DNA of 64,000 nt, taken from positions 10,987 to 74,986 of the forward strand of contig JARVKB010000033.1 in the NCBI GenBank assembly GCA_029775925.1. Direction: 5' to 3'. This DNA is from Nitrososphaeria archaeon. Its GTDB lineage: Archaea; Thermoproteota; Nitrososphaeria; Nitrososphaerales; JACAEJ01. A model generated the notes under the pieces. The model was not told the origin of the DNA. It saw only the letters and a list, made by a program, of their open reading frames with translations, and searched no databases. Each line of letters begins with the position of its first letter. The stretch's first letter is position 1. Below are positions 38,320 to 47,758 of the stretch, one piece after another. Position numbers and translations under genes: made by a program.

Positions 38320-38849
38320 ACTCTCTTCATCTTTCTCTTTAATCTTGTGCCACAAACATCACAAATTATGGCATCATTATTATAAAAGACCTTACCACAA
38401 CCACTGCAATATAATAACCATTTTATAATTCTTGAGATCCCTCTAGTCATTACAGGTGAAAATCTTAACCCAGAAAACTTGATTAAGTTCTGAATAGAAT
38501 AATCGTCAGAGATTATAGTGACATCGTATCCATTTTTCTTTAATTGCATGCCAAGAGCTATTATTGAGATATCAGTATCCGAAAGCTTTTGTATATCGCC
38601 ACTTTCGCTTGCTCTTCTCTTTACCTCTTCTACTAAACTAATTAACGGATTTATTATTGATAATTTATTACTCTCTAATAGGGTTGATATGACCATACTT
38701 AATGTCTTGACATGAGAAATCTCACGGATGACCAGTGGAGTTGTATAATACTTAGGAACGCCCATTAATGGTATTCCAGCATAAAAGGCTGTTGAATCTA
38801 AAACTAAAGCTCTCTTTCTCAATACGATTCTACCCAAAGCCAAGATCAT
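38316..38849 (-). CDS. nob1: Nob1-like PIN-domain endonuclease with C-terminal zinc ribbon
   Basis: PIN acidic residues (LVLDSTAF, SDTDISIIA, ISDDYSIQN), then CSGCGKVF..CDVCGTRL. Confidence 0.7.
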   Translation of the reverse strand: MILALGRIVLRKRALVLDSTAFYAGIPLMGVPKYYTTPLVIREISHVKTLSMVISTLLESNKLSIINPLISLVEEVKRRASESGDIQKLSDTDISIIALGMQLKKNGYDVTIISDDYSIQNLIKFSGLRFSPVMTRGISRIIKWLLYCSGCGKVFYNNDAIICDVCGTRLKRKMKRV

Positions 38850-38973
38850 TAGTTTACTCCTTTCTATTGAACATTACTAGATATTAATATGATTTCTAAT
38901 TCAAAAAGTATTTTTGAATAGGTTTTTTATTATAATTAAAAGATGTGAGATATCAGTGAAAAAATACTTAGAG

Positions 38974-39660
38974 ATGAAGACTAAATTATCATCGATAGAG
39001 ATTCTTAGGCTTATGAAAGAAGAGCATTCTTATAAGGAGTTATCGTCAATTTTAGGACTTTCAGCACCAATACTAAGCAGGTATATAAATGGTCATGTGG
39101 TCCCGAACTTAAAAAGGTCAAGAAGAATCATAGAAACCTTCAAAGATCAATTAACTGATTTGATAAAGAAAAGAATAAGGTTTGAGGATGGTAAAATCTT
39201 CAACCATTCAGCCGTGCTTTACGACCCAAACCTTCTTGATAAAATAAGTAAACTGGCTTTTAACGAATTTAGTTCTGTGAGAGTGGATAAAGTACTTACT
39301 GTAGAAACTGATGGTATTCCTTTGGCTGTTGAAGTGAGTAGAGAATTCGGTGTAAAATTTGTTGTTGCAAAGAACAGAAAGGAGATGGGCATAAAAGACT
39401 TTATAGAAGTAAAAAGAATTTTTAGTTCAGGAGCTTACTCTTACCTTTTCATACCTAAAGGTTCAATAGAGCAAGGCGAACATGTGTTGGTAGTTGATGA
39501 TGTTGTAAGGACGGGGTTTACTTTAGAAACCCTCTTAGAGGTTTGTAGAAAGTGTAGAGCGGAACCAATAGGGATCTTTGTTATAATCTGTTTTGAGGAC
39601 ACTTTGAGTAAGTTAAGACAGAGACTAAATTATCCTATAAAAGTTGTAGTGAGCATCTGA
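38974..39660 (+). CDS. HTH domain fused to a type I phosphoribosyltransferase fold (PurR-like architecture)
   Basis: N-terminal HTH (YKELSSILGLSAPILSRYINGH) and a PRPP-binding loop HVLVVDDVVRTGFT. Start placed at the Met of MKTKLSS; 38914 and 38956 are alternatives. Confidence 0.7.
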   Translation: MKTKLSSIEILRLMKEEHSYKELSSILGLSAPILSRYINGHVVPNLKRSRRIIETFKDQLTDLIKKRIRFEDGKIFNHSAVLYDPNLLDKISKLAFNEFSSVRVDKVLTVETDGIPLAVEVSREFGVKFVVAKNRKEMGIKDFIEVKRIFSSGAYSYLFIPKGSIEQGEHVLVVDDVVRTGFTLETLLEVCRKCRAEPIGIFVIICFEDTLSKLRQRLNYPIKVVVSI

Positions 39661-39684
39661 TTTTTAACACAATTGTGTTAAAAA
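39661..39684. promoter_or_regulatory. Perfect 24-bp palindrome TTTTTAACACAATTGTGTTAAAAA between the HTH-PRTase gene and purS
   Basis: Self-complementarity checked base by base. A further half-site-like TAGTGTTA lies at about 39688-39695, and an AT-rich TATA-like tract at about 39700-39722. Could be an operator, a terminator hairpin, or both. Confidence 0.45.
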
Positions 39685-39767
39685 AGTTAGTGTTATAAGG
39701 GAATATTTTTAAATAAATAATGTAATAACAATTACTACAAGATCGTAGCATGGCCTTGATCCAAAAT

Positions 39768-40028
39768 ATGAAAACTTACCTTGTCAAAGTAATTATAGAG
39801 AATAAAGTAAATGCTAGAGACCCTGAGGGAGAAACCATTCTTAAGGACCTTTTAATAAAGGGAGGTTACGAACAGGTTAAAGCGGTAAGAACAGCTAAGT
39901 TGTTAAAGATGTGGGTCGAAGCTAAGAATGAAAAAGATGCAAAAGAGATTGTATCAAAGTTATGTGATGAGTTGAGAATCTATAATCCTGTGGCTCATGT
40001 ATGCTCTATAAATATAGAAGGAGAATAA
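39768..40028 (+). CDS. purS: Phosphoribosylformylglycinamidine synthase subunit PurS
   Basis: About 86 aa with the ARDPEGETI motif, immediately upstream of purQ. 39750 is an alternative start. Confidence 0.85.
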   Translation: MKTYLVKVIIENKVNARDPEGETILKDLLIKGGYEQVKAVRTAKLLKMWVEAKNEKDAKEIVSKLCDELRIYNPVAHVCSINIEGE

Positions 40029-40030
40029 AA

Positions 40031-40735
40031 ATGAAAGTGGCAATAATTCAGTTTCCAGGTAGTAATTGCGATTTGGATACCCTTCATGTTTTAAATAATG
40101 TTATGAAGGTTAAAGCAGATCTTGTATGGCATAAGAGGGATGATTTACGTTACTATAGTGCCGTTATATTGCCTGGAGGGTTCTCTTATGGAGATCGACT
40201 AAGAGCAGGGGTAATAGCAGCCAACAGCCCTATCATGAAAGAAGTGAGGAGGATGGCAAAAGATGGTCACCCTATACTTGGAATATGTAATGGTTTTCAG
40301 ATTTTAGTTGAGGCTGGTTTGCTTCCAGGGGCACTACTCAGAAATTCTTCTCTAAAATTCATCTGTAAGTGGGTGAACCTTACTATTGTAAGTAATAAAG
40401 CCATTTTTACTCATAATCTTAAGAAGAATCATTTGCTAAGAATGCCTATTGCTCATAATGAGGGAAGGTATTTTATCGATAAAGATAGTCTTAAAGAAAT
40501 TTATAAAAAAAATCAAATAATACTCAAATATGTTGATGAAAATGGCAAGGCTACTGAATCAGCAAACCCGAATGGATCGATAGATGGCATAGCAGGCATT
40601 TGCAATGAGGAAGGCAATGTATTCGGTTTAATGCCTCATCCAGAGAGGGCTTCTGAAAAGTTATTAAGTCCCTTCAATACAAATGATGGAATAAAGATCT
40701 TCTCATCTATGATTGATTATATTAATAGAAGGTGA
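40031..40735 (+). CDS. purQ: FGAM synthase glutaminase subunit PurQ
   Basis: MKVAIIQFPGSNCD, nucleophile context GICNGFQ, and MPHPER. Confidence 0.95.
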   Translation: MKVAIIQFPGSNCDLDTLHVLNNVMKVKADLVWHKRDDLRYYSAVILPGGFSYGDRLRAGVIAANSPIMKEVRRMAKDGHPILGICNGFQILVEAGLLPGALLRNSSLKFICKWVNLTIVSNKAIFTHNLKKNHLLRMPIAHNEGRYFIDKDSLKEIYKKNQIILKYVDENGKATESANPNGSIDGIAGICNEEGNVFGLMPHPERASEKLLSPFNTNDGIKIFSSMIDYINRR

Positions 40736-40741
40736 ATTTAT

Positions 40742-42958
40742 TTGGTCGTATTAAACTCGATCCTTGTGGGGTTAACTGAGGATGAAATAAAAGAAGTAAG
40801 AAAAATGCTTGGTAGAGAGCCTAACCATTTAGAGTTAGCTATGATAGATGCAGAGTGGTCTGAGCATTGTAGCTATAAATCTTCAAAACCTCTTTTAAAG
40901 CAATTGCCAACAAAGGGACCTAGAGTGATAATAGGACCTGGTTATGATGCTGGAGTTGTGGATGTTGGCGATGGTTATGTAGTAACTTTACACATAGAGA
41001 GCCATAACCATCCATCTGCCATAGATCCTTACGGAGGTGCAGCGACAGGGATAGGAGGAGTTTTAAGAGACATCCTTTGCATGGGTACGAGACCCATTGC
41101 TTTACTGGATTCTCTTAGGTTTGGGAATATAGAAGAGAGTGCTCATTCCAGATGGCTCTTCAAGCATGTTGTAAGGGGGATAAGCGATTATGGTAATTGC
41201 GTTGGAGTCCCGACAGTTGCAGGAGAGGTTGAGTTTGATAATTGCTTTGAGAGAAATTGCCTTGTAGATGTAGTCTGTTTAGGATTAGGAAGGGTTGAAA
41301 ATCTTGTATTGGCTGAGGCAAAGCATCCTGGCGACGCTATAATCCTAGTTGGTGGGAGCACAGGAAGAGATGGTATTCATGGTGTGACTTTTGCATCTAG
41401 AGTTTTAACTGAAAAATCCGATAAAGAGAGATCAGCAGTTCAAATCCCAGATCCATTCATGAAGAAATTGATTATAGAGGCAACTTTGGAAGCCGTTGCA
41501 ACAGGTTATGTAAGAGGACTTAAAGATTTAGGAGGAGGAGGATTAACTTGTGGTTTATCAGAGATGGCAGATAAAGGCGGTTGTGGTATTGACATAGAGC
41601 TATCAAAAGTTCATCTTCGTGAGAAAGATCTTAGTCCAACAGAGATAATGATCTCAGAGTCCCAAGAGAGAATGCTCTTCATAATCAAGCAAGGATATGA
41701 AAAAGAAGTCTGCAAAATCTTTGATAAGTATGAGCTACCTTATAGCATAATAGGAAGGGTTACTGATAGTGGTAATTTAGTCGTAAAAAAGAATGGAATA
41801 GAGTTAGCTAACCTTCCTGTCAAGATCGTGGCAAATGCGCCTCTTATCAATAGAAGAGCTGTTGAACCAGATTATATAAAGAATTTAAAAATTATAGAAA
41901 AACCAACCTTGCCCTCGGATCTTTCATCGGTTTTATTGAAGTTGCTTAATTGCCCAAGTATAGCTAGCAAAAGTTGGGTTTACGAACAGTATGATCACGA
42001 GGTCGGTATAAGAACAGTAGTAAAGCCAGGTCAAGGAGACGCTTCAGTGTTAAGATTGCCCAATGGAACCTTTTTGGCTATAAAAGTTGATGGGAATAGT
42101 AAGCATTGCTACATTGATCCTTATAATGGTGCAGCAGGATGCTTATCCGAGGTATGTAGAAATTTAGTATCTGTAGGGGCAGAGCCATTAGCCTTCGTCG
42201 ATCATCTACAATTTGGAGATCCAGGAAATCCTGAAGTATTTTGGACTTTCAGCGAGTCTGTAAGAGGGTTGGTAGATTATTCTAAAGCAATAGGTTTGCC
42301 ATGCATAGGAGGTAAGGTTAGCTTTTACAATGAGGATAAAGTAAAAAATATAGCTATAAAGCCATCCCCGGTTGTAGCAGCCATAGGGATAATAGAAAAG
42401 CAAGAATGGATTACAACAATGAACTTCAAACGTGATGACGACTATATTGTAATCTTAGGTGAAACTAAGTCAGAGATGGGCGGATCAGAGTACTATGAGT
42501 ATATTCATGGCTTGACTGGAGGAACAGTACCAAAAATAGATTTTGTTAAAGAGAAGGCAACGATAAATGTTGTTATAAATGCTATAAGAAAAGGGTTTGT
42601 TAAGGCTGTTCATGATATATCAAAAGGAGGAATAGCAGTAGCATTGGCAGAGATGTGTATATCTGGAAGAATTGGTGCTTCTATTAACTGCATAAATATC
42701 CCTAATAATGGCATTAGAATAGATGAAATTCTATTCTCAGAGACTCATTCTAGGTTTATATTAGAGACTGATTCTGAGAATATAAATAAATTAATAGAGC
42801 TTGTAAAAAATGCTGGAATTACATACAATATTATTGGTAAAGTTGGAGGGAAGGCTTTAAGATTCTATAATGATTGGGAATTAATACACATACCTTTATT
42901 AGATTTAGAGGATAGCTATCTGAATTCTATTCCAAAGTGCATGGGTGAAATTTTATGA
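40742..42958 (+). CDS. purL: FGAM synthase subunit PurL (small type)
   Basis: EWSEHCSYKSS, ESHNHPS and duplicated AIR-synthase-like domains. TTG start. Confidence 0.95.
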   Translation: MVVLNSILVGLTEDEIKEVRKMLGREPNHLELAMIDAEWSEHCSYKSSKPLLKQLPTKGPRVIIGPGYDAGVVDVGDGYVVTLHIESHNHPSAIDPYGGAATGIGGVLRDILCMGTRPIALLDSLRFGNIEESAHSRWLFKHVVRGISDYGNCVGVPTVAGEVEFDNCFERNCLVDVVCLGLGRVENLVLAEAKHPGDAIILVGGSTGRDGIHGVTFASRVLTEKSDKERSAVQIPDPFMKKLIIEATLEAVATGYVRGLKDLGGGGLTCGLSEMADKGGCGIDIELSKVHLREKDLSPTEIMISESQERMLFIIKQGYEKEVCKIFDKYELPYSIIGRVTDSGNLVVKKNGIELANLPVKIVANAPLINRRAVEPDYIKNLKIIEKPTLPSDLSSVLLKLLNCPSIASKSWVYEQYDHEVGIRTVVKPGQGDASVLRLPNGTFLAIKVDGNSKHCYIDPYNGAAGCLSEVCRNLVSVGAEPLAFVDHLQFGDPGNPEVFWTFSESVRGLVDYSKAIGLPCIGGKVSFYNEDKVKNIAIKPSPVVAAIGIIEKQEWITTMNFKRDDDYIVILGETKSEMGGSEYYEYIHGLTGGTVPKIDFVKEKATINVVINAIRKGFVKAVHDISKGGIAVALAEMCISGRIGASINCINIPNNGIRIDEILFSETHSRFILETDSENINKLIELVKNAGITYNIIGKVGGKALRFYNDWELIHIPLLDLEDSYLNSIPKCMGEIL

Positions 42959-44382
42959 AAGAAAAATGCGGGGTAATTGGTGCTTATTCCTTTGAAGACA
43001 TCGATATATCAAAAATATTAGTTAGAGGTCTTGAGAGTCTCCAGCACAGAGGCCAAGAATCGTGGGGAATAGCCGTATTTGGTTATGGTGCCTTTAAGAA
43101 ACTTGGTTTAGTATTGGAAGACCCTGAAGATTACTATAATATTGATAAGATGAGGGGAAATGTAGGGATAGGTCATGTTAGATATTCAACAAAAGGTGGA
43201 ACAACTATAGAGAACGCTCATCCTATAGAGATAGGAAAATCCTTTTTCATATCTCATAATGGTACAATAGCTAATTTTGATGAATTGTTGAATAAGGTAT
43301 CGAAAGAGAATACCATCTTAAGTTCAGTAACAGATACAGAGTTAATTGGCATAAGGTTAAAGCAATTGTACAATCGGAATAAAGATTGGCATACCTCATT
43401 TAAAATCTTGAGTAGAGAACTGAGTGGTTCTTATTCGCTGGTTATGCTGACTGAAAAGGGAGAACTTTTGGCAGCAAGAGATGAGAGAGGATTTAGACCT
43501 CTTTGCATAGGCTATCAAGAAGATACAAAAACTTACCTTATAGTTTCAGAAAGTTGTGCTCTTGATTCTATTGGGGCAAATTTAGTGAGGGATGTAAAGC
43601 CTGGCGAACTAGTCAAGATAGATAAAAACGGTCTCTCAACTTTTATGTTTTGCGATAATGAAAATCACTCTCACTGCCCCTTTGAATATACATATTTTGC
43701 CCATCCAAGTTCATATCTTGAGGGTATTAATGTGTATCTTGCTAGAAGTAGGATTGGCGCTGAGCTAGCCAAGAAATATCAATTAGAAGGAGATGTGATA
43801 ATACCTGTTCCAGATTCTGCAAGACCTGCTGCAAGAGGATTTTCTGTAGAATCGAAAATTCCTTTTGAAGAAGGATTAATGAAAGATAGGTATAGAAAGA
43901 GAGGCAGTCTAAGGAGCTTTATAGAACCTATTCAAAAAAGAAGAGAGGAGATAGTAAAGAAGATAAGTGCTGTAAGAGCTGTTGTCAATGGAAAGAATGT
44001 AATAGTTGTTGATGATAGCATTGTTAGAGGTACTAGTTCATTGGTAATTGCCGATATATTAAGAAAAGCAGGAGCGAAGAAGATAAGTTTTGTAATTACG
44101 TTTCCTCCAATAAGGTATCCTTGTTATGCTGGGATAGATTTTCCTACTCAAGAAGAGCTCATTGCTTACAGATTCTGTAAAGATAAAGACGATCTAAATT
44201 ACATAAATGAAATGATTGCTTTCGCTCTTAACGTAGACTTCGTTGGTTATAACGATATAGAGGGATTAAGTAAAGCTATAGGCTTTCCTCCTGGTGAATT
44301 TTGCTTCTCATGTGTGACAGGAGACTATTCTTGCCTTAAGTGTACTCCTAAATTCAAAAGTAGAGAGGAGATGAAGGGATAG
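42955..44382 (+). CDS. purF: Amidophosphoribosyltransferase PurF (catalytically complete copy)
   Basis: MKEK-CGVIG (Ntn Cys after a short propeptide), LQHRGQESWG, HVRYST, SHNGTIAN, VVDDSIVRGTS, plus Cys contexts matching the Fe-S ligands. Confidence 0.95.
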   Translation: MKEKCGVIGAYSFEDIDISKILVRGLESLQHRGQESWGIAVFGYGAFKKLGLVLEDPEDYYNIDKMRGNVGIGHVRYSTKGGTTIENAHPIEIGKSFFISHNGTIANFDELLNKVSKENTILSSVTDTELIGIRLKQLYNRNKDWHTSFKILSRELSGSYSLVMLTEKGELLAARDERGFRPLCIGYQEDTKTYLIVSESCALDSIGANLVRDVKPGELVKIDKNGLSTFMFCDNENHSHCPFEYTYFAHPSSYLEGINVYLARSRIGAELAKKYQLEGDVIIPVPDSARPAARGFSVESKIPFEEGLMKDRYRKRGSLRSFIEPIQKRREEIVKKISAVRAVVNGKNVIVVDDSIVRGTSSLVIADILRKAGAKKISFVITFPPIRYPCYAGIDFPTQEELIAYRFCKDKDDLNYINEMIAFALNVDFVGYNDIEGLSKAIGFPPGEFCFSCVTGDYSCLKCTPKFKSREEMKG

Positions 44383-44383
44383 G

Positions 44384-45694
44384 TTGGCTGGAATCTTTGG
44401 TTTTTATGCCTTTGGCGAAGGGAGAGAAAACTGGGACTCAAAAAGGTTCATATACTATGGTTTGAGTTCTCTTCAAGGGAGGGGTCAGGAAGCAACAAGC
44501 TTTGCTGTTTATAATTATGAATTTAACTCTCTAATTTGGATCTCTGGGAATGGCTTTGTAGAAGATCTTTTTGAGAAGATAAAGCAGGAAGATGTTAAAG
44601 GATTTTTAGGGATCGGGCAAGTATCTACAGACAGGGAAGATTATGTGATAAGAGTGGATGAGCCTGTATCGCTTGCTTTAGTAGGTGATGGAAAGCCAGC
44701 GTTACATGAGAGTCGGCAGACTGCATTTCAAATTTTTGCTGAGAAACTCTCTGAAGAATTAGATGAACAAAAAGATCCTATCGATGCTATTAAAAAAATA
44801 ATAGAACAAACAAAAGGAGGTTATTCTTTTATTGCATTAACGAAAGATCAGAAAATGATCTGTGGTAGGGATATTCATGGAATAAAGCCGTTAGAAGTTG
44901 GAGCGATAGGATTTGACATAGGTGCTGTAGCATCTGAGAGTTCAGCTCTTGATGTAATAGGTGCAGAACACTCAGGATATATAAAACCTGGAGAAGTAGT
45001 CGTATTCGATCCTTTAAGTATTTGTAGAAAATGCTTTTTCAAAAATAGAACTGCATATTGTAGTTTTGAGTATGTATATCTCGCAAGACCTGATTCTTAT
45101 CTTAACTCTATCCCTGTTAGCAAGGTTAGAGAGATGATAGGTAAAAGATTAGTGCAGGAGAATCCTGTAAAAGCTGACGTAGTTATAGGAGTCCCTGATA
45201 CTGCTATACCATTCGCCATGGCATATTCTGAGCATAGTGGCATTCCTATAAAGCTTGGTTTCACTAGAACCGGAAGGCATATAAGAAGTGCTATTAAACC
45301 TAGCCAATTTGAAAGAATAGTTGGGGTTCAATTAAAGTTAAACCCTATCAGAGCCTCTATAGATGGGAAAGATGTAGTTCTTATAGATGATAGCATAGTA
45401 AGGGGCAATACGCTAAGAAATACTGTTTACAATCTAAAAAGAAAGGGAGCCAAAAAGGTTCACGTTAGAGTAGGAAGCCCTCCTTTAATTGCCCAGTGCC
45501 CTTTTGGGACAGAGGTTCCTCGGGAAGATGAGTTAATAGGTAAGGCTTTATCAAATGACGAAATAGCTGAAATTATTGGTGCTGATACATTTGCATATCT
45601 ATCTATCGATGGATTAGTAGACTCTATAGGTTTACCAAAAAATTCTCTCTGTCTTGGTTGCTTTACAGGAAATTATCCAGAGGGATCTTTATGA
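44384..45694 (+). CDS. PurF paralogue with a degenerate glutaminase domain (Cys1 replaced by Ala) and an intact PRTase domain
   Basis: Begins (TTG)M-AGIFGF. Retains LQGRGQEA, VLIDDSIVRGNT, YCSFEY, AQCPFG and CLGCFTGNY. Lacks the RY-T and NG glutaminase signatures. Confidence 0.8.
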   Translation: MAGIFGFYAFGEGRENWDSKRFIYYGLSSLQGRGQEATSFAVYNYEFNSLIWISGNGFVEDLFEKIKQEDVKGFLGIGQVSTDREDYVIRVDEPVSLALVGDGKPALHESRQTAFQIFAEKLSEELDEQKDPIDAIKKIIEQTKGGYSFIALTKDQKMICGRDIHGIKPLEVGAIGFDIGAVASESSALDVIGAEHSGYIKPGEVVVFDPLSICRKCFFKNRTAYCSFEYVYLARPDSYLNSIPVSKVREMIGKRLVQENPVKADVVIGVPDTAIPFAMAYSEHSGIPIKLGFTRTGRHIRSAIKPSQFERIVGVQLKLNPIRASIDGKDVVLIDDSIVRGNTLRNTVYNLKRKGAKKVHVRVGSPPLIAQCPFGTEVPREDELIGKALSNDEIAEIIGADTFAYLSIDGLVDSIGLPKNSLCLGCFTGNYPEGSL

Positions 45695-47223
45695 AGATAA
45701 TGGGGGTAGGAAATGCAGCAAGAGAACATGCGATAGCAGAAGCTTTGGAAAGAAGCGAACATCATCCAAAAATATTCTGGTTAGCTGAGATAAGAAATCC
45801 AGGGATTTTTGGGATATGCAAGAGGACAGGAGGAGATTTTACATTATCAAAGACCACAGAACCCGAAAAAGTTGCAAACTATGCTGAAAGATGGAGGGTA
45901 GACTTCGTGATAATCGGACCTGAAGAACCAAACTTTCATGGAGTTCCTGATGAATTAGAGAAAAGAGGAATACCGTGTGTTGGAGCTAGTAAAGATTTAG
46001 CCATGATAGAGATGTCAAAGGCTGATATGAGAAGATTACAGTGGGAATATGGAATAAAAGGTAAACTTTTATTTAAGACCTTTAAGTCTTCTCAAGACGC
46101 TTACATAGTTTTAGAAAGATACTCTGATACTCTAACTTGGTTACAAAATGTTGCATTAAAGCCTGCAAGACAAGCTGGTGGTAAAGGTGTTAAAGTTGTA
46201 GAAGATCAGCAACTTTACCTCCATGATGAGAAGCAAAGGTTTAAGTCGAGGCATGCTGATTGGTTGGAAGATTACATGAAGAGCTACTCAGATATAGATG
46301 ATAAAATACTTGTAGAAGAAAAGGTTTGGGGTCCTGAGTATACTTTACAATGCTTTACAGATGGTAAAAGCGTAAAAGGCATGCCTTTAGTGCAAGATAA
46401 CAAGCACGCTCATGAATTCGATATAGGTACAGAAACAGGTGGCATGGGTTCCATATCTGGTCCAGACTTTAATTTACCATTTATAACAAAGGAAGAATAC
46501 GATGAATCTCTTGAGATAGTTAAATCTTTAGTTCAAGCCATACAAGACAAAACTGGTAAGAGTTACCATGGAATAGTAGCTGGTCAGATGATGTTGACAG
46601 AGATAGAAGGCCCTACAATAATAGAGATGTATTCCAGATTTGGCGATCCTGAAGCTTTAAATGTTTTAAGTACATTAAAGACCGATTTTATTGATATATG
46701 TTTAGCGATACTTGATGGAGAATTATCAAAGTTGAACATAGAATTTGATAAGAAAGCAACGGTTGTAAAAGCTATAGCACCTAAAGGCTACCCTGATTAT
46801 AGAGAGTTAGCAAAGAACCATCCTGTCTTTATTGATGAGAAAGAGATAGAACGAGAAGGCTGTAAGTTATATTGGGGTAGTGCAGATTTAAGTGAAGATG
46901 GTAAAATTTTATCTGCTGGCTCAAGATTAGTTGAGATTCTTGCTATTGCTGATGATATGCAAGAAGCTAGTAGAATGGTTGATAATTGCATACCTTATGT
47001 TAAGCTTCTAGATGGTTGGGGATTATTCTATAGGAGCGATATAGGTTCTTATGAATTATTAAGTAAAAGAATCGATGTTGCAAACCGTGTTAGAAGGCTC
47101 TATCATTATAGAAGAGAAAAAGGCATATTGGGGAAGAGGATAGACTGGTTACCAAAAGTTGGTAAAACGGATCCAGTAGCACTACTTAAAAACGAATTAT
47201 CAAAAAGTAAAGGAGACGGTTAG
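45691..47223 (+). CDS. purD: Phosphoribosylamine--glycine ligase PurD (divergent, with a C-terminal extension)
   Basis: [17 protein letters not shown]-grasp core ([29 protein letters not shown]), YRSDIG. ATGA overlap with the preceding gene. Confidence 0.9.
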   Translation: MKIMGVGNAAREHAIAEALERSEHHPKIFWLAEIRNPGIFGICKRTGGDFTLSKTTEPEKVANYAERWRVDFVIIGPEEPNFHGVPDELEKRGIPCVGASKDLAMIEMSKADMRRLQWEYGIKGKLLFKTFKSSQDAYIVLERYSDTLTWLQNVALKPARQAGGKGVKVVEDQQLYLHDEKQRFKSRHADWLEDYMKSYSDIDDKILVEEKVWGPEYTLQCFTDGKSVKGMPLVQDNKHAHEFDIGTETGGMGSISGPDFNLPFITKEEYDESLEIVKSLVQAIQDKTGKSYHGIVAGQMMLTEIEGPTIIEMYSRFGDPEALNVLSTLKTDFIDICLAILDGELSKLNIEFDKKATVVKAIAPKGYPDYRELAKNHPVFIDEKEIEREGCKLYWGSADLSEDGKILSAGSRLVEILAIADDMQEASRMVDNCIPYVKLLDGWGLFYRSDIGSYELLSKRIDVANRVRRLYHYRREKGILGKRIDWLPKVGKTDPVALLKNELSKSKGDG

Positions 47224-47224
47224 A

Positions 47225-47659
47225 ATGGAAGTCGTGGTAATAGCAGGAAGTAAATCAGACCAGCACATTCTAGATGAAGTATGCGAGATTCTAAAATATT
47301 TTCAAGTCGAATATGATGCAAAGATTTTATCAGCCCATAGAAATCACAAAGAGCTAGAAGAATATATAATGAATTCAAAAGCTGACCTATTTATAGCCAT
47401 TGCAGGTTTATCGGCGCATCTACCTGGATTCATAGCATCGATCACCACAAAGCCAGTAATCGGAGTCCCAGTGTCGGCAAAGCTTGGAGGGCTTGATGCA
47501 TTATTATCAATGGTTCAAATGCCATCAAAGGTTCCAGTTGCTTGTGTCGGGATAGATAATGGCAAGAACGCAGCCTTATTAGCTGTAGAGATACTTAGTA
47601 TAAAGTATCCCGAACTAAAAGAGAAATTATCTAAGTATAGATCTGGCGAGATTTTATGA
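47225..47659 (+). CDS. purE: PurE (AIR carboxylase/N5-CAIR mutase family)
   Basis: [14 protein letters not shown] and AGLSAHLPG motifs. Class I versus II not resolved; no purK in the window. Confidence 0.9.
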   Translation: MEVVVIAGSKSDQHILDEVCEILKYFQVEYDAKILSAHRNHKELEEYIMNSKADLFIAIAGLSAHLPGFIASITTKPVIGVPVSAKLGGLDALLSMVQMPSKVPVACVGIDNGKNAALLAVEILSIKYPELKEKLSKYRSGEIL

Positions 47660-47758
47660 ATAAAGAAGGAAAAAGAGCCTCATCACCTGATGAGTTTGCA
47701 TCTGATACTGAAAAAGATATACATCAGCTTTCGAAAGAATAACTGGTTTGAAACTTAA

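Noticed and set aside
47687-47712. CTGATGA ... CTGA .. CTGA in the purE-purM spacer, considered as C and D boxes of a C/D sRNA. TGATGA-like strings at 24408 and 58801 (minus strand) were also considered.
   Set aside because: The box spacing (8-14 nt, with no C'/D' pair and no terminal stem) does not fit the roughly 12-nt guide architecture of archaeal C/D sRNAs. The other sites lack a D box at a suitable distance.
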